This document shows positions 1-8,920 of a stretch of 64,000 nt of DNA, one piece after another. Numbering within the stretch: position 1 is the first letter of the stretch; each line of letters starts with the position of its first letter. Made by a program: the position numbers and the translations under genes. Source of the DNA: a virus. Location of the stretch: the UHGV virus genome UHGV-0072281. The stretch is one strand, 5' to 3'. A model generated the notes under the pieces. The model was not told where the DNA came from. It did not search any database and saw nothing but the letters and a program-made list of their open reading frames with translations.

Positions 1-103
1 GGCAGCGGCTGCGCCTACCAATAGCTTCGGTTCTTTCGGTAGCTTTGGTGCTCCTGACAATATTTCCACCACAGGCGGTGTATTCGGCGCTTTCGGCGAG
101 TAA
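1..103 (+). CDS. 3' end of an ORF entering from upstream; C-terminus is an FG-repeat tail (..AAAAPTNSFGSFGSFGAPDNISTTGGVFGAFGE*)
   Basis: Open frame (phase of position 2) from window edge to TAA at 101-103; shares APTNSFG motif with the next gene. Confidence 0.5.
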   Translation, partial: AAAAPTNSFGSFGSFGAPDNISTTGGVFGAFGE

Positions 104-122
104 AAATATCAAGGATTAATAA

Positions 123-1502
123 ATGAAAATTATTGAATTCTATAAATCGTTTCTTAAATCACAAGGATTCGATTTCGAGAACGATTTGCTTACCCGTGAT
201 GACGGTGAGCCAGCAGAATTTACCTACAACAAAGTGAAGCGCCGCCTGGCGCTTCCAACGTCGGCAATGATTAAGAAAGGAATGGAAGATGACGACGGGC
301 GTGAATGTCAGGCATTCCATCCTCTCTGTGAATCTGTGCTGGCCGGTGAATCGGGCACTATCCGTTTCTTGAAGAAATCCATCAATGCGAATTTGTTCAT
401 TCGTTCCTTTGCGTTGATTGACGCTATTCTGGAAACGGCTGCCAGCGGTAAAGCAATTCGTTCTGCGGCGTACAAGAAGTTCTTAACGGAACAGATTTGT
501 GAAGGGATGAAAGATCCGACGTTTGACGATCGTTTGGTAAAATCCTGGGAAGCAGTTAAACAATACGTTTATGGCTTATTGGAGCGCGATAAAAAGCACA
601 AAGTTACCCAGCTCTTTATTGCATCTGATTTAGTTATCGACGGTGTGAAGTTTAACCGTGTGGCTAATTATCGCCATATGTTCGAAGAAGAATCCTTAGA
701 CGGTACAGCAATGTACTTCTCGGTGAAGCTTCAACGTAAACAGGATAAGGTGATTATTCATCGCCTGCTGACCACTGTGTTCGGTTGGTATCCAAGCGTC
801 ACCGGTTCTAACGATTCCCGTCCGTACTTCGGGTCGTTAGCACGCGGTTGGGCACAGTACGTGGTAAACTACAATAACGTAGTGAAAGGGCTACGTGACC
901 ACACGCCACTGCGTCCGTTAGACGATGAATGGATTTCACAGCTGGACAACATGGAGATTTACGATAATGTCATTCAGACCTTGCCGTATAACACCGGTCC
1001 ACGTTCAGACAATCCTGAGCGTGATACCAGTGCCCGTGAGTTCAGAATTGACAGATCGTCGGCAACGGAACAGATCCCGACGAAGAAGGCGTCTGATGCG
1101 GATAAACCGAACCTGGACGATCCGGTAGAGTTCTTCCGTGCGCGTAAACAACGGATGGCTCCAACGAACAGCTTCGGTAATCTTTCTCCAGCAATGCAGC
1201 GTTTTGTGGAAGAACACAACACGACTAACCTGGCTGGTACAGGAATGGTAGGACGGATTTCTGTAGTAGATGCTTTCGGTGGCGAGCGTAAGAACAGCGG
1301 TTTTGGTGACGTAGGTGGATTCGGTCAACCGAACTCGTTGTCGAATACGTTTGGTGGTGGGCACTCTTTTGGCGGGGGTTCATCATTCGGAGGCAGCTCT
1401 TTCGGCAGCCAGCCTCAGTTTGGTTCGTCTAGCGGATTTGGTAGTAGTACAGGCAACCCATTTACCAGTGCTTCTACGAGTCCGTTTAAGAGCTCGTACT
1501 AA
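123..1502 (+). CDS. hypothetical protein with ~110-aa C-terminal Gly/Ser-rich FG-repeat tail
   Basis: 459-aa ORF, AAGGA SD 8 nt upstream of ATG; C-terminal region carries ~10 FG dipeptides (SFG, GFG, TFG, QFG); followed by terminator. Confidence 0.85.
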   Translation: MKIIEFYKSFLKSQGFDFENDLLTRDDGEPAEFTYNKVKRRLALPTSAMIKKGMEDDDGRECQAFHPLCESVLAGESGTIRFLKKSINANLFIRSFALIDAILETAASGKAIRSAAYKKFLTEQICEGMKDPTFDDRLVKSWEAVKQYVYGLLERDKKHKVTQLFIASDLVIDGVKFNRVANYRHMFEEESLDGTAMYFSVKLQRKQDKVIIHRLLTTVFGWYPSVTGSNDSRPYFGSLARGWAQYVVNYNNVVKGLRDHTPLRPLDDEWISQLDNMEIYDNVIQTLPYNTGPRSDNPERDTSAREFRIDRSSATEQIPTKKASDADKPNLDDPVEFFRARKQRMAPTNSFGNLSPAMQRFVEEHNTTNLAGTGMVGRISVVDAFGGERKNSGFGDVGGFGQPNSLSNTFGGGHSFGGGSSFGGSSFGSQPQFGSSSGFGSSTGNPFTSASTSPFKSSY

Positions 1503-1509
1503 GGTAGTA

Positions 1510-1540
1510 AAAAGAAGGGACACTGTCCCTTCTTTTTTTA
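1510..1540. terminator. bidirectional intrinsic terminator between convergent genes
   Basis: Hairpin gaaggga-cactg-tcccttc flanked by A-run upstream and T-run downstream. Confidence 0.7.
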
Positions 1541-1861
1541 ATCGTCTACGATGGTGCTAAGAATACTGGCGACGACCCCGGCATCTGGAACTATCAGCTC
1601 TGTAATCTCAGGGGTGAAGTTCATAGGGTCTTCCAAGTTATTGAGTAGCATCATTGGGTAGATGATGTTTTCGGCATAACCTTTCAGTTTGCAATAAGCG
1701 TAGAAATTGTGAATCTCAGGATAACTGAATCGTGGGTCTACAGTTTCTACTTTAGTTTGTGGGTGTTTACGCAGAAAATCTGTGTAATCGTGCAGCACTT
1801 TCCAGGTGCTGGTATAGGGCGCAGGTATGATTTCTTTTAGGGTAATAAAATCTTCAAGCAT
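1538..1861 (-). CDS. hypothetical protein
   Basis: 107-aa ORF, AGGAA SD upstream on minus strand, convergent with 123-1502. Confidence 0.6.
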   Translation of the reverse strand: MLEDFITLKEIIPAPYTSTWKVLHDYTDFLRKHPQTKVETVDPRFSYPEIHNFYAYCKLKGYAENIIYPMMLLNNLEDPMNFTPEITELIVPDAGVVASILSTIVDD

Positions 1862-1924
1862 AGTTGTTCCTAAATTAAGTGAGATAGATATTATCCTACC
1901 GAATCAACCTAAAGGAGCATTAAA

Positions 1925-4165
1925 ATGAAAACGCCAGTTGAGCTATTGAGCAGCGTCGCTGACCGTGAAGTCAATATCGCACAGGTATCAGGTGCAAGGG
2001 CATCGATGGTAGGTAACCATATGAAGTCCTCGGTCCCGATTGACCATCCTGAGCCGTCACCTCACTTTACGGGCGCAGATACCAATTACCACGATTTTCT
2101 GTTTAACGATATTGTGGAAGACAGTGGGAGCATCTGTCATTACACAACTAAGGAAGGTAGACAACGTCGTGCAACGTTTACCCGTTATGGTCGTCGTGGG
2201 GATTCCCGTGCGCTGGAACACGCGATATTCTTCCGTCGTGCAGAATGCCGTATTCCGGGCAAAACAATGATAGACGTTATCGAGATTAACTTTTATACTA
2301 ACCACGATAACGTGTTCTCTTCTGAGAAATGGGAATCACCAAAACTGCGTAGTTTGTTACGTGGTGAAACCGACCAGTTAGAAAAGGATGAAATCCTGAC
2401 GACGATGCCGTGCATGGTGGATGGTGAATTCGCAGACAGTGTGGTGCTGCCGACGGTTACCATCTCACACCCAGACATTATCGAGGATTCCTACACGATT
2501 TCCGAAGAAGCGGCACAGAAGCTTCACGGGTATGGGTTGAAGGTTATCGAGAAAACGTTGCGTGAAGACGAATTCTTACTGGATACCTACGGCTATAACG
2601 ATCCCGAGGGGAATCGTGTACCGCGCTATTTCCCAGACGTGGGTGAAGCGATTCGTGATGACGGGTTAGTTATCGCTTCTCGTCGTTTCGATGACCTGTA
2701 CGCAGCGATTGATGCAACCTTAGGGGAAACTCAACACGTTTCTCCGTTCTTCGATAGCTGTGATTACGTGGATGCCGATCCGATACACTATAAAGCACGT
2801 TTGGAAAACAACCACGAACTGATGGAACGTAGCGGAACGCGCATTGTTGATATTCAGGTTTGGCGTGATGAAACGTCGTGCGGTAATGGAACGAATAACA
2901 TTAACTGTACTGAAGAGAACAAACGTGAGCTTGACAAATACGCATTGGCGTTAAAGGACTACTACAATGCGATTGTTCGCTTCTATTTCTCCGTGTCGAG
3001 AGATAAAAACGTTATCTGGTCTCCCAAAGCGTGTGTGTTGCTGGAGAAAGCTTTTGCATCCGAAACGTACGAAGTCTACGCAGAGTTTCGTGAAGAAATT
3101 CGCGGGGTGATTGAAGATGCAATTCGTCGTGGCGAATACGGTAAAGAGAACGTAAGTCAACAGATTATCTCCAAATTGACTTCACCTGTTCAGCGTGGAT
3201 TAAGCGATCCCATCAATACGTACACAATTCGTATCGCGGTACGTTATCCGATCCCGGTGACGGTGTCTTCTAAGATTACCGACCGTTCGGGTACGAAAGG
3301 GATTGTGGGTCGTGTACTGCCAGTTGAACAGATGCCAATTAACGAGTTCGGCGAACGTGTTCACGTACTACGTTCAATGAACGCCGTAATTCGTCGTTCT
3401 ACCTACGCCGCGCTGTTCCACATGTATTGGTCAGCAGCATCTGAACAGCTGAAGATGCGTCTTAAACCGATGCTGGATGAAGGACGCATTGGTGAGTGTT
3501 GGGAAATCCTGATGGACTACCTTTCACGCTATAATCCAGAATGGGCGAACACGTTACAGGCTACGCATCCTACGGAGGATTTGCAGCGAGAACTCTTTAA
3601 AGAGATTTACGATTTCACCATCCGCATTTACCTACCTCACGAACTTGATGACACTCCGGTGGAAATCAGTGAACGTTTAGGTGAGTTTAAACCCCGTAAG
3701 TCGAAACTGCTTATTACCAATTACGATGGTAAACAGGAATGGACAAAAGACGAGTTTTACGTGGGTGGTGTAGAAACATTACGGCTTGATAAAACGGGAC
3801 GTGAATTCTCAAGTATTTCGTCGATGTACCTGAACTACCTGGGCACGATCGATGCGTCTAACCAAGGACGTGGTTCGTATCCGGTAAACTATAAAACGCT
3901 AAAATGGGCTGGTCCTTCGGAAGAACGACTATTAGCGGGTTATGGTCCAGGTAACTACGAAGAGGTTCACGATAGGGCAAATAACCCTGCTGTGCATCGA
4001 GAGATTTTAGTAGGGCTGTACCGATCTCAAACTCCTTCCAATCCGGGCGTACTGGTAGACCGGAATAAGCTCCCATTAGGAGATTCGCAGATTGACAGAA
4101 TGATGAAAAACATTCACAGCTGCGAAGGGTTTGAATTGGTGAAAATGAAAAGGGGCGAAGAATAA
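1925..4165 (+). CDS. multisubunit RNA polymerase beta-subunit-like protein (C-terminal portion of a split beta)
   Basis: 746 aa; AAAGGAG SD; motif SSKITDRSGTKGIVGRVLPVEQMP resembles conserved bacterial beta motif GDKxAGRHGNKGVxSKIxPxEDMP; immediately followed by beta-prime-like gene (rpoB-rpoC order). Confidence 0.55.
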   Translation: MKTPVELLSSVADREVNIAQVSGARASMVGNHMKSSVPIDHPEPSPHFTGADTNYHDFLFNDIVEDSGSICHYTTKEGRQRRATFTRYGRRGDSRALEHAIFFRRAECRIPGKTMIDVIEINFYTNHDNVFSSEKWESPKLRSLLRGETDQLEKDEILTTMPCMVDGEFADSVVLPTVTISHPDIIEDSYTISEEAAQKLHGYGLKVIEKTLREDEFLLDTYGYNDPEGNRVPRYFPDVGEAIRDDGLVIASRRFDDLYAAIDATLGETQHVSPFFDSCDYVDADPIHYKARLENNHELMERSGTRIVDIQVWRDETSCGNGTNNINCTEENKRELDKYALALKDYYNAIVRFYFSVSRDKNVIWSPKACVLLEKAFASETYEVYAEFREEIRGVIEDAIRRGEYGKENVSQQIISKLTSPVQRGLSDPINTYTIRIAVRYPIPVTVSSKITDRSGTKGIVGRVLPVEQMPINEFGERVHVLRSMNAVIRRSTYAALFHMYWSAASEQLKMRLKPMLDEGRIGECWEILMDYLSRYNPEWANTLQATHPTEDLQRELFKEIYDFTIRIYLPHELDDTPVEISERLGEFKPRKSKLLITNYDGKQEWTKDEFYVGGVETLRLDKTGREFSSISSMYLNYLGTIDASNQGRGSYPVNYKTLKWAGPSEERLLAGYGPGNYEEVHDRANNPAVHREILVGLYRSQTPSNPGVLVDRNKLPLGDSQIDRMMKNIHSCEGFELVKMKRGEE

Positions 4166-6264
4166 TGAAGGCGACTCCGGTTCACGTAAGAGACTTGTGC
4201 AAGTTGAATTCGGATCAGGTGTGGCTACTTCGGGGCGTTTACGACGTGTCCTTCGACGATGGGGTCACGTTGAGAATGTCTGGTCGACACATTAAGTTGA
4301 GCTGGCCGTATTGGGGATTAACCCAGTTTTATCCCCAAGTGCCAATCTCGTCGAACATGGCGTATAAGCATGGCGACACGGCAACTGACGATGCGCATCT
4401 GCGCTTTATGTCGTTGGCAGCTGTAGCAGCACGTAAGGCCGGAGTGGATCTGGCCGATACCCGTTACCTGTTATCACAGCACGTTTATGCGAATGCGTTT
4501 AACCTGACGGTGAAAAACCTGTTGTCGTATTGTGTTACCATTGACTACGATACGATGATGGAGATTTATCAGCATGAAAACTTCAAGCTGATTATCGAAT
4601 GGTCTAAACTCTATCCGACGGGTTACGATGAGGAGGGTAACGATAAGGTAGAAGAAGCCTATCAGCTCATTGAGAAAATCTTCAAAGATCCGAGACTCTC
4701 AAACAACCCAGTCGTCATGTCTGTGTTAGACCGCACACTGAAAATGGATCAGATTCTCCAGGCTTACATTCGTGGTAAGACTTCAGAGATTGACTCCCGT
4801 GTGTACTCTAACCAGGTATGGGAAGGTTTCTTCACCGGCTTGCATTCTGTTATCAGTCGACTGAAAGAAGCAGGTGCGACATCGCGTTCTCACCTGTATA
4901 ACACCGACAAGATTGCAGACGCAGAGTACGCATCGCGTAAGTTGCAGTTAGCGGCTAACGTGCTGATGTTCTTCGATTACGAAGACTGTGGTACACATCA
5001 CGTACACAGACACACCTTTACGAATTCGCCGTTGGAAGAAGCGAAATTCAAAGCGATGAAAGGAATGCGTTATCGCTTCGAAGGTACTGGTGGTCCGTGG
5101 TTACGATTCGAAGATGGTGAGTTTGAGAAAGTCTTGAACAAACCTATCGAGTTCCGTACCGCGATGTGTTGCAAAGGAATGTCACGACAGACTATCTGTG
5201 CAACGTGTATGGGTGACTTGATTTATAACCTGTCACCTGGCACATCGCCGGGTCACCTTGCGTCAACCGCAATCTCGGAAAAGGGTACTCAAGGTATTCT
5301 GTCGACGAAACACCTTGACTTCCTGCGTTATCTGCTGAACTTGGTCTTGTCGCCAAGAATGCGTGATTATCTCACGGAGTATAAGCACAACTCCGTTAAA
5401 GGGATTAGTTTACTGGAGAAGCCGCAATACGGTACCTGGGATGAATACCAACTAGTAATTTCGGATGAAGTGTATTCAGAGATTAGCCAGATTGCGTATC
5501 ATGAAGACCTGGACGATATTGATGAAACGGCACTCCCGGAAATTAATGACCTTACGTTTGTTCGTTTAGATGCAGAAGGGAATATACTGGCAGAAGATCC
5601 GATTGACGTTCGAATGGGCGTGTGCGGTAACTTCTCTAAGTCGTTCCTTCGCTTCTTCTTGAAGAATCGTGATAAGCTCGTATTCCCCAGCAAGAAAACG
5701 GTGCGTGTTCCGCTAAAAGGATGGAAACCGTCCTGGCCGATCCTAATTTATACGAATCGGTCTGAATCTATGGCGGAGTTTGTAGCAGGGTTGGAATTGA
5801 TTTTACGTTCGGTAGCATCGGACAAGTCAGATAACTTCGAACAGTTCTCGGACGAGTCAATGCGTTTGAGCAAGAAGAGTGGTAAGGTTAAACCGATTAC
5901 CCTCGTTCAGATGCGTGGTGCCACGGAGAAACAATGTACTCATGCGTTGTTCTACGTGTTCAAATATATCCAACGTAAGCTCAAAGGGATTCCGATGACG
6001 CACATCGCGATTATGTTGGCAATCTCTCGTGTTGAGTCACCTACTAACCCATTCCCGGCAGTAGGGTTTGACAGTGAGGATGCTGATGCCGCAGAAGGAA
6101 AACGTTTCGAAGATCACAATACGCTGATTGCGATGCGTTCTGCAATTCCGATGTTGTTGTTTGAGGGACAACAGAAGAACTTGGACAACGTACGTTTCTA
6201 TACGTCACGTAAACGTCCTGCTTCGTTGTACGACAATTCTGTCGCGGCAACGATTATTGAGTAA
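4165..6264 (+). CDS. multisubunit RNA polymerase beta-prime-like protein (C-terminal part: bridge helix, DCGT, trigger loop)
   Basis: 699 aa; ATGA start/stop overlap with upstream gene; FFDYEDCGTHH resembles E. coli beta-prime TEDDCGTHEG; CCKGMSRQTICATCMGDL...AISEKGTQGILSTKH resembles CDTDFGVCAHCYGRDL...SIGEPGTQLTMRTFH. Confidence 0.75.
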   Translation: MKATPVHVRDLCKLNSDQVWLLRGVYDVSFDDGVTLRMSGRHIKLSWPYWGLTQFYPQVPISSNMAYKHGDTATDDAHLRFMSLAAVAARKAGVDLADTRYLLSQHVYANAFNLTVKNLLSYCVTIDYDTMMEIYQHENFKLIIEWSKLYPTGYDEEGNDKVEEAYQLIEKIFKDPRLSNNPVVMSVLDRTLKMDQILQAYIRGKTSEIDSRVYSNQVWEGFFTGLHSVISRLKEAGATSRSHLYNTDKIADAEYASRKLQLAANVLMFFDYEDCGTHHVHRHTFTNSPLEEAKFKAMKGMRYRFEGTGGPWLRFEDGEFEKVLNKPIEFRTAMCCKGMSRQTICATCMGDLIYNLSPGTSPGHLASTAISEKGTQGILSTKHLDFLRYLLNLVLSPRMRDYLTEYKHNSVKGISLLEKPQYGTWDEYQLVISDEVYSEISQIAYHEDLDDIDETALPEINDLTFVRLDAEGNILAEDPIDVRMGVCGNFSKSFLRFFLKNRDKLVFPSKKTVRVPLKGWKPSWPILIYTNRSESMAEFVAGLELILRSVASDKSDNFEQFSDESMRLSKKSGKVKPITLVQMRGATEKQCTHALFYVFKYIQRKLKGIPMTHIAIMLAISRVESPTNPFPAVGFDSEDADAAEGKRFEDHNTLIAMRSAIPMLLFEGQQKNLDNVRFYTSRKRPASLYDNSVAATIIE

Positions 6265-6266
6265 AC

Positions 6267-6293
6267 GAGAGGGGCCTGCGCCCCTCTTTTTTT
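6267..6293 (+). terminator. intrinsic terminator
   Basis: Hairpin gaggggc-ctgc-gcccctc followed by T7 run. Confidence 0.75.
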
Positions 6294-6306
6294 GTAAGAG
6301 GGGAGC

Positions 6307-8016
6307 ATGTACGAATTCCACATGACCTTTACCAGCATGGGGGTAAGGGTTGAAGTCCCGTGCCGACAGATAGAGTCGGCGATACTTAAGTGGGCAGAAG
6401 AACATATGCACGCTCCTAAGATGGGCAAGCAATACGGTCGTATATTCACTGAACGTGGCGATCCGTATTACGCGCATATACCTTCTCTCCGCTCGTTTAT
6501 CTTCCACAGGAACTTTTCTGAGCGTTTACGCATTATTATTAATCGTACGGCCACCGAATTTGGCATTGAGTATAAGCTTTACGAGCATTACTTAACGCAG
6601 GGAACACCTTATCGGTGTAAGTTTGAAAACTACGGCTTTAAGATGGTGGAGGACGATGAGAATTCACGTTTCTTTTACCAGAATGCTGTGGTTGAAACGG
6701 CTTGCGAACCAAATCGTTTTCAAACCATCTTTGAAATTGGTACAGGGATGGGTAAGTCGAAAACGAACATGAAAGTAATGGTACGTAAGGGTGTCAGGAC
6801 GCTACTGATTCACCGTCCGACGTACATCTCAAAATGGTTGTTTGATTTAACTGAAGACCCAACGGGTTTACGTGAGTCGAAAGATGATGTTTTGGTTATC
6901 CAAGGCGTTCAGGCTATCTACGAAGCGTTAGAGATGGGGGAATCAGGCGAATTAGACAAACGTGGGATTAAGGTTATCATTATCTCGACGGTAACGTTGC
7001 AACGATTCCTTAAAGAGTACATTAACACTGCCGCAACTAACCCAGTGAACATTGATGATTTCTACAACACCTTAGGCGTTGGGTTCTTGTCAATGGATGA
7101 AGTGCATGAGCATTTTCATCTGGTGTACATGGCAGGAATAATGCTCAACCCACCACCGTCTGTTGAGATGTCTGCGACGTTACAGCCAGGTGAATCAAAA
7201 GCGTTTTTAGCCGAACGGTATCGAGAGCGTTTTCCACAAGAGTCACGTATATTCATTCCGATTATTCCTGCTGTACACGTTAAAGCGTTGTACTACAGCA
7301 TTGAGAATAAACGGTTTGCGTGGTGGGCGAATAAGATGACGCCGTATAACCACAAGCTATTCGAAGGTAAGTTAATAAGTGAGAACATGCACTTATCTTA
7401 CGCGGATATGGTGTGGGACGTCATCGAGCGAACGTATCTGGCGAGTTACCAGCCTGGTCAGAAAGTGCTGGTGTTGTTTGCAACCGTTGCGATGTGTGAG
7501 TTCTTTACAGAGTACGTGCGAGAGAAACTGGCACAGTCTGATAAGTTCCACGCGCTGATGGTTGCGAAATACAACGCGGGGGATTCGTATGACGACTTTA
7601 TTCAAGCGGATTTCTCGATTTCAACACCAGGGAAAGCAGGCACTGCGGTTGACAAACCGGGGTTGGTCCACATGTACATCACAACGCCTGTGGAAGACCA
7701 GCAGTTAAACCGTCAGATGGCCGGTCGCCCGCGTAAGATACTTCACAACGATTGGGGTGAACTCGATCCCGTTGTGTGGTTATTCCATTCACTCTCGATA
7801 GGGAAACACTGCAATTACTTGAATGCGCGTCAAAAGTCGCTTAGTGATTCTGTGTTGTCGTTTAAGATAGCTTCTTCACCGTATGTTGTAAGGAAAACCA
7901 ATGTTACTACCGCCGCAGCCGACCGAGCCAACAGCACCGTATGCCGGGCTGAACTTAGCAAGTTTTCTCGAAAAGGTTTTAAAGGCATACCCAGACGTCG
8001 AAAACGTCGTCGATAA
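6307..8016 (+). CDS. SF2 DExH-box helicase-like protein
   Basis: 569 aa; motif I-like GTGMGKSKT, motif II MDEVHEHFH (DExH), motif III MSATLQP in correct order and spacing; C-terminus ends IPRRRKRRR. Confidence 0.55.
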   Translation: MYEFHMTFTSMGVRVEVPCRQIESAILKWAEEHMHAPKMGKQYGRIFTERGDPYYAHIPSLRSFIFHRNFSERLRIIINRTATEFGIEYKLYEHYLTQGTPYRCKFENYGFKMVEDDENSRFFYQNAVVETACEPNRFQTIFEIGTGMGKSKTNMKVMVRKGVRTLLIHRPTYISKWLFDLTEDPTGLRESKDDVLVIQGVQAIYEALEMGESGELDKRGIKVIIISTVTLQRFLKEYINTAATNPVNIDDFYNTLGVGFLSMDEVHEHFHLVYMAGIMLNPPPSVEMSATLQPGESKAFLAERYRERFPQESRIFIPIIPAVHVKALYYSIENKRFAWWANKMTPYNHKLFEGKLISENMHLSYADMVWDVIERTYLASYQPGQKVLVLFATVAMCEFFTEYVREKLAQSDKFHALMVAKYNAGDSYDDFIQADFSISTPGKAGTAVDKPGLVHMYITTPVEDQQLNRQMAGRPRKILHNDWGELDPVVWLFHSLSIGKHCNYLNARQKSLSDSVLSFKIASSPYVVRKTNVTTAAADRANSTVCRAELSKFSRKGFKGIPRRRKRRR

Positions 8017-8284
8017 ACTGTGTACCGATCCAACATTGTCCGTAGCGTTCCACTACTATATGGTAACGGAACACTTCGCCGGTATGCAGATTTTCCAACG
8101 TGGTAAATGTTATTACATTACGCGTAACTCCAGTATCCGCAATACCTCGGCCTACGAGCTTTACAGCTGGGTGCTGTGGTCTGAAAACCCTGCGGGCAAT
8201 ATCGATGAAAACCCGAAGGTGGCTTATCGACTATACTCTGAGAAATGGCACAGTTGGGTAGCCGTTCCTCACGATAGCAATTAA
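7901..8284 (+). CDS. hypothetical protein (overlaps 3' end of helicase gene by 116 nt in another frame)
   Basis: 127-aa ORF with strong AAGGAAAA SD before ATG 7901 and terminator directly downstream. Confidence 0.5.
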   Translation: MLLPPQPTEPTAPYAGLNLASFLEKVLKAYPDVENVVDKLCTDPTLSVAFHYYMVTEHFAGMQIFQRGKCYYITRNSSIRNTSAYELYSWVLWSENPAGNIDENPKVAYRLYSEKWHSWVAVPHDSN

Positions 8285-8296
8285 AAAGTACAGAAC

Positions 8297-8328
8297 GGGT
8301 GTATATTGTGTACACCCTTTCTTTTTTT
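8297..8328 (+). terminator. intrinsic terminator
   Basis: Hairpin gggtgta-tattgtg-tacaccc then tttcttttttt. Confidence 0.7.
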
Positions 8329-8345
8329 GTTAAAGGAATATTAAA

Positions 8346-8918
8346 ATGTCACGTCGTAAGAAGAAACCCGCTTATAACCCACGTACTCTGGCGAAAAAAG
8401 AACTTCGCGAAAGCGTGAAATCAGTGTATAAACTACTGGTTATCTTTGAAGAACAGATGAAGATTCTGGCGGAGCGTATCGACAAAGAACGTGAAGTCTT
8501 GGAAGCTCTGGAGGAGCCAGAATACAAAGCCTTTGCTATTAAAGCGTTGGACGAAGCCAAAGCTGCGTTCGTTGGTCTGATGGCAGAAGGTAAAGAAAAA
8601 CTGGGTGCAAAACTTATTGAGATCGATAAGGTTGCGACCAATGCAAAAACCATGCTGGAAAACAACAGCTGGGCGTCTGTGAAAGACGAGTTTAGCGTGG
8701 AAAGCATGAACGTGACCACGTTAGAGACCGAAGCTGTGTGGCTGGGCAAAGATATCCAGGGCGCTGCCATTGAAATCCTGTCGCTGTATAACGGCCGCGC
8801 TGATTTTGTAAAACGCGCTATGCACCAGGGCCACACCTTTGCAGAAGCCTACGAACTGCTTCAACAAGCTGAAGCCGCAGTAAAACAACCCGACACTGAA
8901 GTCGTTACCGAGGTATAA
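8346..8918 (+). CDS. hypothetical protein (helical, Lys/Glu/Ala-rich)
   Basis: 190 aa; AAAGGAA SD. Confidence 0.8.
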   Translation: MSRRKKKPAYNPRTLAKKELRESVKSVYKLLVIFEEQMKILAERIDKEREVLEALEEPEYKAFAIKALDEAKAAFVGLMAEGKEKLGAKLIEIDKVATNAKTMLENNSWASVKDEFSVESMNVTTLETEAVWLGKDIQGAAIEILSLYNGRADFVKRAMHQGHTFAEAYELLQQAEAAVKQPDTEVVTEV

Positions 8919-8920
8919 AG

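Noticed and set aside
1150-1502. FG-repeat region considered as a nucleotide tandem repeat or CRISPR-like array
   Set aside because: The repetition is compositional at protein level only. The DNA shows no regular repeat-spacer periodicity, and the region is inside a long ORF with an SD and terminator.
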